32,000 bases of DNA from Raphidiopsis brookii D9 (GTDB lineage Bacteria > Cyanobacteriota > Cyanobacteriia > Cyanobacteriales > Nostocaceae). This document shows, piece after piece, positions 1 through 8,859 of this stretch. The notes beneath the pieces were generated by a model. It did not search any database and was not told the origin of the DNA. It saw only the letters and a list, made by a program, of their open reading frames with translations. Position 1 is the first letter of the stretch, and each line of letters begins with the position of its first letter. The DNA lies in assembly GCA_000175855.1 (NCBI GenBank), contig ACYB01000016.1, positions 1-32,000 on the forward strand. Direction: 5' to 3'. A program made the position numbers and the translations under genes.

Positions 1-2
1 CA

Positions 3-1196
3 ACTTCGGGAGGGGACAGCAGTGTAGCAACTTATAATCCCGTCACAAATAATTACAGCTATGTAAGTGTAGCCAATCAACTGACCAGTGGTGTGGTATC
101 ATTTGCTGACCCCTTTAACGACGATCGCCTGGTTCCAGTCTCTTCTGTCACCCTAAGTGTTTCCCCCTCTACTGTTACAGAAGATGGCACAGGTAACCTC
201 ATCTACACCTTCACCCGCACTGGAGTGATTACTGATGCCCTGACAGTTAACTACACGGCTGGAGGAACTGCTACTAATGGCACTGACTATAGCAATATTG
301 GCACAAGCGTAACCTTTGCCGCAAACTCAGCTACAGCTACTGTAACGGTAGACCCCACTGCTGACACCACGGTAGAATCGGATGAAACAGTATCCCTCAC
401 CTTGGCTTCCGGGACTGGTTACACCATCGGCACAACCAGTGCAGTGACAGGAACTATTACTAATGACGATAATCCTCTCAATTCCAATGTAGATACACCC
501 AAAGTTAATATCTCTACAGGTTTGATTTTCACAGCACAATCCAATGGAAATATAACTTTAGATACAAACAGGGGGTCTGCCACTCCGGATGAAGTTACAA
601 GTGTTCAAAACGGCACTAAATCTAACTTTAATCACATAATTGGACTCTATGAGGTGCTGAATAGTCAGGGTGAAATAAAGGATAACCAAGGTAACACTTT
701 AAAACCAGGAGATGCCAATTATGCACTTCATGCTCTCACCACTGCCAGAGTTAAGAACTTCGCAGTGAGAGCTGGTGGCAATGACACTCCCAGTACGGCA
801 ACACAATTAGGATCAGGTGTTTCAGTTCTTGCAGGCAAATTGTACGCTCCCTTTGCCATTGCCAATGGAGGAACCTACTTCCCGGGTAATCAAGGAATAG
901 AAGATTTCGTCGCTGCTGAACAGGGAGACATAAATCGGTTTAGCTCTGCACCTCAATATGTCCGAAACCTAGTTGATATTGAAGGAAAAAATGGTGACGT
1001 ATTTAACAATGCACCCAGATTTGTTCAGGAACCCGTAGCCTATTTTAGCTTTGGCGCGGCTAATCCCGACGGATCTCATCACTTCCGCTCCTATGGTAAC
1101 GGTGTCTATGGATTTGAGGATTTACCTGTTAGTTACACTCAATACTCTAACAACGATTTCAATGACGGAGTTTTCGCTCTGACATTGAGCATTTAA
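3..1196 (+). CDS. C-terminal part of a large Calx-beta domain protein with a DUF4114-like C-terminus; 5' end outside the window
   Basis: Frame 3 is open from base 3 (TSGGDSSVATYNPVTNNYSYVSVANQLTSGVVSF...), so the listed start at 93 is internal. Calx-beta signature: 'SVSPSTVTEDGTGNLIYTFTRTGVITDALTVNYTAGGTATNGTDY...VTVDPTADTTVESDETVSLTLASGTGYTIG...GTITNDD'. C-terminal 'YGFEDLP...NNDFNDGVFAL' resembles DUF4114. Confidence 0.85.
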   Translation, partial: TSGGDSSVATYNPVTNNYSYVSVANQLTSGVVSFADPFNDDRLVPVSSVTLSVSPSTVTEDGTGNLIYTFTRTGVITDALTVNYTAGGTATNGTDYSNIGTSVTFAANSATATVTVDPTADTTVESDETVSLTLASGTGYTIGTTSAVTGTITNDDNPLNSNVDTPKVNISTGLIFTAQSNGNITLDTNRGSATPDEVTSVQNGTKSNFNHIIGLYEVLNSQGEIKDNQGNTLKPGDANYALHALTTARVKNFAVRAGGNDTPSTATQLGSGVSVLAGKLYAPFAIANGGTYFPGNQGIEDFVAAEQGDINRFSSAPQYVRNLVDIEGKNGDVFNNAPRFVQEPVAYFSFGAANPDGSHHFRSYGNGVYGFEDLPVSYTQYSNNDFNDGVFALTLSI

Positions 1197-1201
1197 GATC
1201 T

Positions 1202-1229
1202 TTGGCTCTGGGTAATCCCCCAGGGCCAA
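1202..1229 (+). terminator. Terminator-like hairpin 5 nt after the Calx-beta gene stop
   Basis: TTGGCTCTGGG (1202-1212), loop TAATCC, CCCAGGGCCAA (1219-1229); 11-bp stem with one G-U pair. No long T tract. Confidence 0.5.
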
Positions 1230-1666
1230 TTATCACTCCTAGGTCTTAGTAACTTTTGGCACTCAGCTCATTCTTTGTAAGATTGCCCTAGGGTAACAAA
1301 AATTTACACAAAACTTGACAATTAGCAGCCTTGCGAAATGGGTTCGCAAAAACCCACTTATCCCCCTGGTCTCAATACTGTTCGGTTAAGGAAAAAGAGG
1401 GGGCAAGATCAAGAGAATTTTGTTCGCGTTTTTGTTTCGATAACTAACAAACAAAAAAAGATAGACAAATTCTCACACACTCAAACCATGAGAGAGAAAA
1501 TAGTCAAACTATGAAATTATCAATTGAAAAAGAATAAATTACCGTAACATCAAACTAAATAGATTCAACTTGCCCGTTTAATAATTTCAAAAGATAACTG
1601 TTGTCTAGGGGTACAATTATTCCTGTGACTTCGTTTTTTACTCTCTAACTTAAAATTCATATAGGC

Positions 1667-3799
1667 GTGAGTAATATGAATACGATCTGCTGTTTAAATC
1701 CGGAATGCTTACATCACAATCCAGACAATTCTAAATACTGCCAAAAATGTGGTAGCAAATTAATCCTGCGAGAAAGATTCGTTCCCAGAAAAATTCTGGG
1801 ACAGGGAGGATTTGGACGCACATTTTTAGCAACAGATACGGGAAAACCCTCCCAACCTTTATGTGTCATTAAACAATTTTTACCCCAAGCTCAGGGAACA
1901 GATACTACTGAAAAATCATCCCGTCTATTCAATCAAGAAGCTAGACAATTAGAGGAGTTGGGCCAGCATCCTCAAATCCCAGAACTGTTCGATTATTTTA
2001 CCCACTCTGATGATAATCGTCAGTATTTAGTTCAAGAGTATGTGGAAGGTTATACTTTGGAGGTGGAACTCCAGAAAAAAGGGGTATTCTCTACCACCCA
2101 GATAAGGGAACTATTAATAGAGCTATTAAACATTCTAGCATTTGTCCATGAGAAACAGGTTATTCATCGTGACATCAAGCCTGAAAATATAATTTGTCGT
2201 GCTATGGACAATAAACTTTTCTTGGTAGATTTTGGTGCAGCTAAAATTGTAGATTCACAAGTTGAAATGAAGGAGAGCACAGTTATTGGTTCCATGGAAT
2301 ATTGCGCTCCGGAACAGATTAGGGGTCAAGCCACATTTATTAGTGATATATATAGTCTAGGTGTAACTTGTATGTACTTGCTCACAAATGTTGACCCTCA
2401 TAGCTTTTATGATACCACAACAGAAAAATTTTTATGGCGTAACCATCTAGGTACTAATTCTGTGACTGACCAGCTGGGAAGAATTTTGGATAAAATGACA
2501 GCACCCGTATGTGAACGTTACCAGTCAGTTGGTGAAGTGATAAAAGAATTAAATCTTGCTGAGTCGAATCATTCTGAAACCGAATCAGATGTCAACCCGG
2601 TCAATTATTGGCAAAAACTAGTTTCTCGTGCTGTAGATAAGGGGAAACAAAGTGTGCAACAATGGTTTAGTATTAATGATGGCCAAGTGGCAGAAATTTT
2701 AGCCACAGTTAGCAGTCAATTACCCACTACAGAAGCTTTATTAATCGGGAAACCACAAACTGGTAAAAGTTCAATTGTTCGCGGTTTCACAGGTATTTCT
2801 CCAGAAATTATTGGTCAGGGTTTTCGTCCCCACACTCAAAATACACAAAGGTATATCTATCCTAATAATGATTTACCATTAATTATCTTTACAGATACAG
2901 TAGGTTTGGGCGATACTGACAAAGATACAGAGGTTATTATTCAAGAGATAATTAAGGATTTAAATACTGGAAATAAGCGAGCAAGAGTTTTCATACTAAC
3001 TGTAAAAATCAACGACTTTGCCACTGATACCCTAAAAAACATTGCCCAAAAGTTACGTCAGCAGTATACACATATTCCCTGTTTATTAGCGGTGACATGT
3101 TTACATGAAATCTATCCACCAGACATGGAAAACCACCCTGATTACCCACCAAATTTCCCAGAAATAAATCGAGCATTTGATGAAATTAAAGCCAACTTTT
3201 CCGGGTTATATGACCGTGTAACTTTGGTAGATTTCACCTTAGAGGAAGATGGTTATAGTCCAGTATTTTATGGACTAGAATCGTTTCGAGATAGTTTAAC
3301 CAGTCTTTTACCAGAAGCAGAAGCTAAGACAGTTTATCAGTTGTTAGATGAACAAATGGGAGATAAATTAGGAAATATTTATCGTGATACCGCCAGAAGA
3401 TATATTTTACCTTTTTCGATTATGGCCACGACCTTAGCAGCAGTACCTCTACCTTTTACCACCATGCCAGTTTTAACAGCTTTACAAGTTTCCATGGTTG
3501 GAATTTTGGGCAAATTATATGGTCAAACTTTGACCCCTTCCCAAGCGGGTGGCATTGTTAGTACAATTGCAGGTTGGTTTTTAGCTCAAGCTATAGGAAG
3601 AGAATTAGTTAAATTTATTCCCGGTTTTGGAACTGTAATTGCAGCATCTTGGGCGGGTGCTTATACCTGGTCTTTGGGTGAAGCTGCTTGTGTTTATTTT
3701 GGAGATTTAATGGGTGGTAAAAAACCCGATCTACAAACAATTCAAAATGTTATGCAACAGACTTTTCAATCTAAAGAGAATACACAAAAGGAGGAATAA
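1667..3799 (+). CDS. Multidomain protein: N-terminal 4-Cys zinc ribbon, Ser/Thr protein kinase, P-loop GTPase domain, C-terminal DUF697-like hydrophobic domain
   Basis: CX4C..CX2C-type zinc ribbon 'CCLNPECLHHNPDNSKYCQKCGSKL'; kinase motifs 'LGQGGFGRTFLA', 'HRDIKPENII', 'DFGAAKI'; G1 'GKPQTGKSS'; G3-like 'DTVGLGD'; C-terminal 'YILPFSIMATTLAAVPLPF...VSMVGILGKLYG...GRELVKFIPGFGTVIAASWAGAYTWSLGEAACVYF'. Confidence 0.85.
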   Translation: MSNMNTICCLNPECLHHNPDNSKYCQKCGSKLILRERFVPRKILGQGGFGRTFLATDTGKPSQPLCVIKQFLPQAQGTDTTEKSSRLFNQEARQLEELGQHPQIPELFDYFTHSDDNRQYLVQEYVEGYTLEVELQKKGVFSTTQIRELLIELLNILAFVHEKQVIHRDIKPENIICRAMDNKLFLVDFGAAKIVDSQVEMKESTVIGSMEYCAPEQIRGQATFISDIYSLGVTCMYLLTNVDPHSFYDTTTEKFLWRNHLGTNSVTDQLGRILDKMTAPVCERYQSVGEVIKELNLAESNHSETESDVNPVNYWQKLVSRAVDKGKQSVQQWFSINDGQVAEILATVSSQLPTTEALLIGKPQTGKSSIVRGFTGISPEIIGQGFRPHTQNTQRYIYPNNDLPLIIFTDTVGLGDTDKDTEVIIQEIIKDLNTGNKRARVFILTVKINDFATDTLKNIAQKLRQQYTHIPCLLAVTCLHEIYPPDMENHPDYPPNFPEINRAFDEIKANFSGLYDRVTLVDFTLEEDGYSPVFYGLESFRDSLTSLLPEAEAKTVYQLLDEQMGDKLGNIYRDTARRYILPFSIMATTLAAVPLPFTTMPVLTALQVSMVGILGKLYGQTLTPSQAGGIVSTIAGWFLAQAIGRELVKFIPGFGTVIAASWAGAYTWSLGEAACVYFGDLMGGKKPDLQTIQNVMQQTFQSKENTQKEE

Positions 3800-3826
3800 A
3801 AATAGGTGCTGTCATGGTTTTGGTGG

Positions 3827-4684
3827 CTATCCACTCCCGGATTCTCTTAGAGCTTGTACAAGTAGCTCTGTTAAATTCAATTTTTTTCCCCATTTTCGAA
3901 GATAGTCAAAGTCGAGAAGTTCCTTTTGCAGTTTTAAGACACCTAAAATATCTCGCCACTGTTTTTGAGATTCGCTATTATACGTCCGAAACCAGAGCAG
4001 TTTTTGTAGTATTGTATCTTCCGGTGTACAGATATAGAAAGATTTATTTCTATCCCCAAGGTGTAGCACACGACGAGACATTTGAGAAAGGGAAAATTCA
4101 TCGTCTTTCATCACAAAAATGTCAGCTTTTTCAGTGGTAGTTAAATGGATAACATTAAATGATAAAGTCTTTCTATTCACAGCTTCTTCCACAGCAGTAT
4201 GACTAATATAGAATTGATCTGTCATAGCCCTAATTAGTGGCTGAATTTGACTATTTTCAATGTTGGCGATTAAATCCAAATCTTGGGTGAGTCTCACCTC
4301 CCCCTGGAGAGAACTAGCAACTGAACCTCCCACATAATACATGATATCTAATGAACTCAAGATAGACGCTAACTCCAGTGCTAACCAAATTGGATCCTCT
4401 ATCATTAAATCTCCCTGATATTTTAAACACGATAATAGATTAGCCCACTTATCTCCTAAACGCTTTCTAATATAGTAATCTCTTATTATTTCTTTTGAAG
4501 CAGTAGGAAATTGACCTTTAATGCCTGCTAATGCTAACATAGCTCCTCGCTTTGTTACTCGTTTAAGCAGTAATTCTTTTTCACTAGCACTCAGGTTTCG
4601 CCAGAGTTTAAACTGTACTTGTTCAGCTTCAAACGAACTATCTATAGATTGAGTTCGGTATTCAACCGGTTTGATAACTGTCAT
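3827..4684 (-). CDS. AbiEii-like nucleotidyltransferase fused to an N-terminal helical domain
   Basis: NTase motif 'YYVGGSVASSLQGEVRLTQDLDLIA' (GS...DxD) and 'ADIFVMKD'; ~90-aa N-terminal segment 'LWRNLSASEKELLLKRVTKRGAMLALAGIKGQFPTASKEIIRDYYIRKRLGDKWANLL'. Confidence 0.7.
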   Translation of the reverse strand: MTVIKPVEYRTQSIDSSFEAEQVQFKLWRNLSASEKELLLKRVTKRGAMLALAGIKGQFPTASKEIIRDYYIRKRLGDKWANLLSCLKYQGDLMIEDPIWLALELASILSSLDIMYYVGGSVASSLQGEVRLTQDLDLIANIENSQIQPLIRAMTDQFYISHTAVEEAVNRKTLSFNVIHLTTTEKADIFVMKDDEFSLSQMSRRVLHLGDRNKSFYICTPEDTILQKLLWFRTYNSESQKQWRDILGVLKLQKELLDFDYLRKWGKKLNLTELLVQALRESGSG

Positions 4685-4704
4685 ATTCAGCTAGTAATTA
4701 TCTG

Positions 4705-5034
4705 CTAATACCCACAACAACGATCAATTCCCAAACTATCCAATAACAGATCGCTAACTGCGTTGGCGATCGCAAATTCCCCATAAAAGCTTTTAGAAAA
4801 ATCAAAAGACTGCATTTCGGTCACAATAGCAATTACCAAGGAACCCAAATCATTTTCTCCCTCCATACGTTGTCTAACAAAAATCTGGGCTGCGCGCTGG
4901 GCAATTTTCTGATTAACCACTTCTGGGAGGAATTCCGTATCCAACCACTGTAGAAGTCGTTTTTGTAACCATTCTCCCTCGATTTGGGGATTTTCTGCAG
5001 GTGGTAAAGTAATAGGAGAAATAGGTTGGTTCAT
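4705..5034 (-). CDS. Conserved cyanobacterial hypothetical protein (109 aa)
   Basis: Intact ORF with coding-like composition in a divergent pair with aat; family not recognised. Confidence 0.5.
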   Translation of the reverse strand: MNQPISPITLPPAENPQIEGEWLQKRLLQWLDTEFLPEVVNQKIAQRAAQIFVRQRMEGENDLGSLVIAIVTEMQSFDFSKSFYGEFAIANAVSDLLLDSLGIDRCCGY

Positions 5035-5060
5035 TTGAATCCTGGTGTTTTTAAAAAACG

Positions 5061-5654
5061 ATGAAACGTGATACTGATGATACTTATGATGTTGATATTA
5101 TTATTCAAGGTTATGCTCAGGGATATTTTCTCATGGCCGATGAGTATAATCAACTTAGATGGTATAGAAGTAAGGAACATACCCTAATTCCCCTAGATAA
5201 AAGATTCCGCTATCCTAGGTCCTTACAAAGGGTTCTCAATCAACAGAGATTCACAACCAGGATCAACCAGGATTTTATAGGAGTAGTTAGGGGGTGTGCC
5301 AACCGAGAAACCACGTGGATTTCCCCCCAACTGCAACAAATTTATTGGTCATTGTATCAAGCAGGTTATGCTTACAGTTTTGAAACCTGGCAAGGTGATC
5401 AATTAGCGGGGGGAATTCTAGGTATTGTCATAGGTGGTGCTTTTATTGGTGAGTCCATGTTTTATCACATCCCTGAAGCATCCAAAGTAGCCATGGTTAA
5501 ACTGGTAGAAAGACTGCGGGAGAGGAGATTTATTGTGTTTGATGCACAAATAATGAATCCTCACCTAGCTAGATTTGGTGCTTATTCCATTCACGTTGAG
5601 GAATATAACACCTTACTGGGTTTAGCCATTGCAGCATCCTGCGATTTTCGATAG
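5061..5654 (+). CDS. aat: Leucyl/phenylalanyl-tRNA--protein transferase
   Basis: 'YAQGYFLMADEYNQLRWYRSKEHTLIPLD', 'TWISPQLQQIYWSLYQAGYAYSFETWQGDQLAGGILGIVIGGAFIGESMFY...ASKVAMVKLVERL...FDAQIMNPHLARFGA' match the Aat family pattern. Confidence 0.88.
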   Translation: MKRDTDDTYDVDIIIQGYAQGYFLMADEYNQLRWYRSKEHTLIPLDKRFRYPRSLQRVLNQQRFTTRINQDFIGVVRGCANRETTWISPQLQQIYWSLYQAGYAYSFETWQGDQLAGGILGIVIGGAFIGESMFYHIPEASKVAMVKLVERLRERRFIVFDAQIMNPHLARFGAYSIHVEEYNTLLGLAIAASCDFR

Positions 5655-5681
5655 ACAGGGAGTGTCAATCACCACCTCTAT

Positions 5682-5885
5682 TTATTTAATATTCGCCCGT
5701 GCGTCCTTGACCGCAGCAACAAACAACAAGATAGTCACAGGAATGCTGATGGCTAGAATAATAGCAGTGGTTTGGAAACCAAAATTGGGTTGCCCATAAC
5801 TGAGTTCAAATACCGAGCCAACAGCGGCGATCGCTGTTATACAGGAACCACCTAAAAACAGACCACTTTTGGGAGTTAAATACAC
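5682..5885 (-). CDS. Small two-TM membrane protein (67 aa)
   Basis: Two hydrophobic segments; ends 3 nt before the end of def on the same strand, likely co-transcribed. Confidence 0.5.
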   Translation of the reverse strand: MYLTPKSGLFLGGSCITAIAAVGSVFELSYGQPNFGFQTTAIILAISIPVTILLFVAAVKDARANIK

Positions 5886-5887
5886 AG

Positions 5888-6460
5888 CTAGATTACCTCG
5901 ACTAATGGTTTAACAGCTTGATGGGAGAAACCGTTTTTAGACAGTTCCTCCGTCAAACTGAGGGAATTTTCCACACGATCAACAAACACCACACCATTGA
6001 GGTGATCCATCTCGTGTAAAATACATCTTGCCAACAAATTATCAGCTTTCAGGGTTTGAGGACGGCCATATTCGTCTTTATAGGCAATTTCTACAATCTT
6101 TGGGCGTTTGACCTCCAAAAAAACTTTGGGGATGCTTAAACACCCTTCTTGAGCCACACAAAGCTCACTACTAACTTGTTTAATTACAGGATTAATTAAT
6201 ACCAATGGAGGTATTTCTGGCTTGTCAGGGTTACAGTCAATAACAACTAACTGTTTATTAACCCCTACTTGAGGTGCGGCCAAACCAATACCATCTTCGC
6301 TATACATGGTTTGGAGCATATCTCGGATCAGTTGACGAAGTTCATCATCTATTTTAGTGATCCGTTTAGCAGGTTGACGGAGAACCCGGTCACCTAAGTA
6401 ATGAAGTTTCAGGGGAGGTTTTTTTAACTTTTTCTTTTCGACAGCGATACCAGAGGACAT
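5888..6460 (-). CDS. def: Peptide deformylase; start revised to the internal Met 'MSSGIAVEKKK'
   Basis: PDF motifs 'GIGLAAPQVG', 'EGCLS', 'HEMDHLNG'. The 28 residues upstream of M29 (ORF track start 6544) are not PDF-like. Confidence 0.93.
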   Translation of the reverse strand: MSSGIAVEKKKLKKPPLKLHYLGDRVLRQPAKRITKIDDELRQLIRDMLQTMYSEDGIGLAAPQVGVNKQLVVIDCNPDKPEIPPLVLINPVIKQVSSELCVAQEGCLSIPKVFLEVKRPKIVEIAYKDEYGRPQTLKADNLLARCILHEMDHLNGVVFVDRVENSLSLTEELSKNGFSHQAVKPLVEVI

Positions 6461-6569
6461 AGTTAGATTAATGATTAGATGAACGACTAATAAGTACCTA
6501 ATTAATTCTATCCTGATTCTAAAGGAAGGGGGATTTTTCACCAAAAAGCTGAACTCTAGGTTCTAAAGT

Positions 6570-7037
6570 ATGGCAAAATATTCTTGTCACCAATCTTGGA
6601 TCTCCATGATGAAGTCTCAACCATCCCTATATGAACAAGATTTTGCCCTATGGTCGGAAAAGATGGCTGACCTAATTGCTGCCAAACGTTTTGAAGATTT
6701 AGATATAGATAATCTGGTAGAGGAAATTAGAGACTTGTCCAAACGAGAAAGAGACAGATTATTGAGTAGTGTTCGTCTAATTCTCCATCACTTACTTAAA
6801 TGGGACCACCAACCTGAAAAACGCTCTCGAAGTTGGCAAATTACCATTGAAAGGGAGAGGAAAAATCTTGATTTATACTTGGAGGATAGTCCTAGCCTAA
6901 AACGCTATTTTTGTCAAGAGTGGGTAAACAAAATGTATCCTACTGCCCGACTAGACGCAATGAAAGATACTGAAATAGATATGCCACAGGACTGCTCTTA
7001 TTCCCTTCAAGATGTAGTTGAAAGGGCATTGATTTGA
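6570..7037 (+). CDS. DUF29 family protein
   Basis: 'SLYEQDFALWSEKMADLIAAKRFEDLDIDNLVEEIRDLSKRERDRLLSSVRLILHHLLKWDHQPEKRSRSWQITIERER' is the DUF29 pattern. Confidence 0.88.
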   Translation: MAKYSCHQSWISMMKSQPSLYEQDFALWSEKMADLIAAKRFEDLDIDNLVEEIRDLSKRERDRLLSSVRLILHHLLKWDHQPEKRSRSWQITIERERKNLDLYLEDSPSLKRYFCQEWVNKMYPTARLDAMKDTEIDMPQDCSYSLQDVVERALI

Positions 7038-7070
7038 CCATGGCAGCATTTATTCCTGTAACCTACATTA

Positions 7071-7785
7071 CTATAATAAACCTCGATGGCGAATAAAAAT
7101 CAAAACCGCCGCCCAAGATCCCAACGCCACCTTCACTGCAACAATAATATTTAATATGGGTAGGATCCCACCACTAAATAATTTCCCCAGTTCTCCATGA
7201 GGTAACTCAAGTCCCGATAAAGTGACCAGTGATAACACAATAAAAAATCAAAACTGAAATCTTCTCCCATACAGCTGCATGATACCGCTGATAAATATCC
7301 TGCATCCATTGATAAGATGAAGTAATTGCTATTAAACCTATTGCTGTTCCACCTGCAACACCTGCAGCAAATCCCCCCCCAGGACTCAGATGTCCTCTAA
7401 TTGCTAATTCTATACCCACTAACGCTGCAATAGTTGCTCCTAAGCGAGCTAGGGTGATAGATGCTCTATCTTTAAACTGATAAATAGCACAGGATGGATT
7501 TTCACTGGCTAATAAAAAATTACATCCTAAAATGGCAATTGTAAATACAATAACCTCAAAAATGGTATCGTAAAGGCGATTTCTAAAAATAATTCCTGAC
7601 ACTGCATTCACAACCCCGCTTTCAGCAACTACTTTTTCCGTGATAGAAATACCTGCTGGAACTATAGTAGACATGGTGTCTTTTATAGTTGACATTCCCG
7701 ATAGGTTGGAAGTCCCATCGGAGAGGAATAACATTTTTAAAAACAATGCTATCCCGGCGAGAATATAAACGAACTTCATTTTCAT
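7071..7785 (-). CDS. mrpB: Na+/H+ antiporter subunit B (MrpB/MnhB-like), interrupted by a 1-nt frameshift
   Basis: ORF 7207..7785 has MrpB-like 'ELAIRGHLSPGGGFAAGVAGGTAIGL'. Removing one T from the coding-strand T6 run (plus-strand A6 at 7242-7247) restores '...EKISVLIFIVLSLVTLSGLELPHGELGKLFSGGILPILNIIVAVKVALGSWAAVLIFIRHRGLL*', ending at 7071. Confidence 0.85.
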
Positions 7786-8327
7786 GGGTGTTTCTCCTCG
7801 GATACTAAAATATCCACATATTCTAAATTTTTTAACCCCGTATTGTTGGGCAATATTTCACGCTCAATAATGTTATAAACCCGGTGAACTCTAACTTCTG
7901 TTTGATAATTCTGCCTTTCAGTGGTAGGGAAACAGGTAGCATGAACCTCTTTAGAAATTAAGCCATTTTTTAGAGATTGTTGATTATTGTAGGTGACAAC
8001 TTCTAATCTCATATAGTGGTTGCTAAAAACTCGACGAAAATCCTCTATTAGTTTTAGAATCTCCCCATCTTGATTTTCTATCACACCCACACGTAAAACC
8101 AAAGAAGAACGGACTGCTATAGCATACAAAGTTACCGATAACATGGTACCCATTAATGCCTCAGTTAAAGCTACATCAGCTGCACCCAAAACTGCATCTA
8201 CCAAAGCGGCGATCGCACCTAAAACTCCGCGCAAAATTAATCCATGATAGGGGTTAACCTGGGTAACCAACAAACCCGCAGTTAAGGGTAACAAAGCAAC
8301 AATTATATAGAGATAAGAATCATTCAT
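7782..8327 (-). CDS. Mrp antiporter MrpA-C-terminal/MbhD-like (DUF4040) subunit
   Basis: 'GLILRGVLGAIAALVDAVLGAADVALTEALMGTMLSVTLYAIAVRSS' is the DUF4040/MbhD pattern; ATGA overlap with mrpB. Confidence 0.8.
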   Translation of the reverse strand: MNDSYLYIIVALLPLTAGLLVTQVNPYHGLILRGVLGAIAALVDAVLGAADVALTEALMGTMLSVTLYAIAVRSSLVLRVGVIENQDGEILKLIEDFRRVFSNHYMRLEVVTYNNQQSLKNGLISKEVHATCFPTTERQNYQTEVRVHRVYNIIEREILPNNTGLKNLEYVDILVSEEKHP

Positions 8328-8610
8328 TTTCCACCTCTGGGGTTATATCTTCAATTGAGCAATGGGCAATTACATAACCTAGCATAGTATTCCAAATTGC
8401 CAAAGAAATAATTGCCAAAACTAGTAATGGCCATTTGCTGGGAATTATCAATAAAATGGCAAGTATGATCAGCATTGAACCCAAGGTATCAGCTACAGAA
8501 AGTCCATGCAATTTGAATAGTACCGATTTATCACTAATTAAATGGGAAGTTCCCCAAAACCAGAATAAAATCCCAATTGTCATTAAAACATAACTAATAA
8601 GATCCATCAT
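8320..8610 (-). CDS. mrpG: Mrp antiporter subunit G
   Basis: Three-TM protein 'LISYVLMTIGILFWFWGTSHLISDKSVLFKLHGLSVADTLGSMLIILAILL' in an mrp operon context. Confidence 0.85.
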   Translation of the reverse strand: MMDLISYVLMTIGILFWFWGTSHLISDKSVLFKLHGLSVADTLGSMLIILAILLIIPSKWPLLVLAIISLAIWNTMLGYVIAHCSIEDITPEVENE

Positions 8611-8857
8611 TTAACCTCCTTATAACATGTGCTAGTAACATAAATCCAGCATTTCCCAAGCTCAAAATAATTGCTCCTACTACTCCAATCATCCAATCAT
8701 CTCGCACAACAGAAATGACTAAAATTATGATTGATACTTTACTAGAAATACTCCCTAGGGACAACATTAATTGCCAAGTATTATCTGTTTTCCATGCCTC
8801 GTAAATGGGAATTAACAAACCGGCAATCATTGCTACTAAAACAATTTGTAAATACAT
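8594..8857 (-). CDS. mrpF: Mrp antiporter subunit F
   Basis: Small three-TM protein next to mrpG: 'VVRDDWMIGVVGAIILSLGNAGFMLLAHVI'. Confidence 0.8.
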   Translation of the reverse strand: MYLQIVLVAMIAGLLIPIYEAWKTDNTWQLMLSLGSISSKVSIIILVISVVRDDWMIGVVGAIILSLGNAGFMLLAHVIRRLNDGSY

Positions 8858-8859
8858 AG

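Noticed and set aside
93-93. Listed start codon of the first ORF
   Set aside because: The same frame is open back to base 3, so 93 is an artefact of ORF calling. The gene begins outside the window.
3849-3888. Possible plus-strand terminator (AGAGCT...AGCTCT followed 11 nt later by T7)
   Set aside because: The stem is only 6 bp and far from the T tract. It overlaps the end of the convergent CDS and is too weak to call.
3814-4140. 108-aa plus-strand ORF overlapping the nucleotidyltransferase
   Set aside because: It is antisense to a recognisable coding region, has atypical composition and matches no family I recognise. The same reasoning applies to the short antisense ORFs inside fusA, GOGAT, ilvC, hemH and others.
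7236-7250. Programmed frameshift at the mrpB T run
   Set aside because: The U UUU UUA heptamer is not in the zero frame, and the required change is +1 rather than -1. A homopolymer length error is the simpler explanation.
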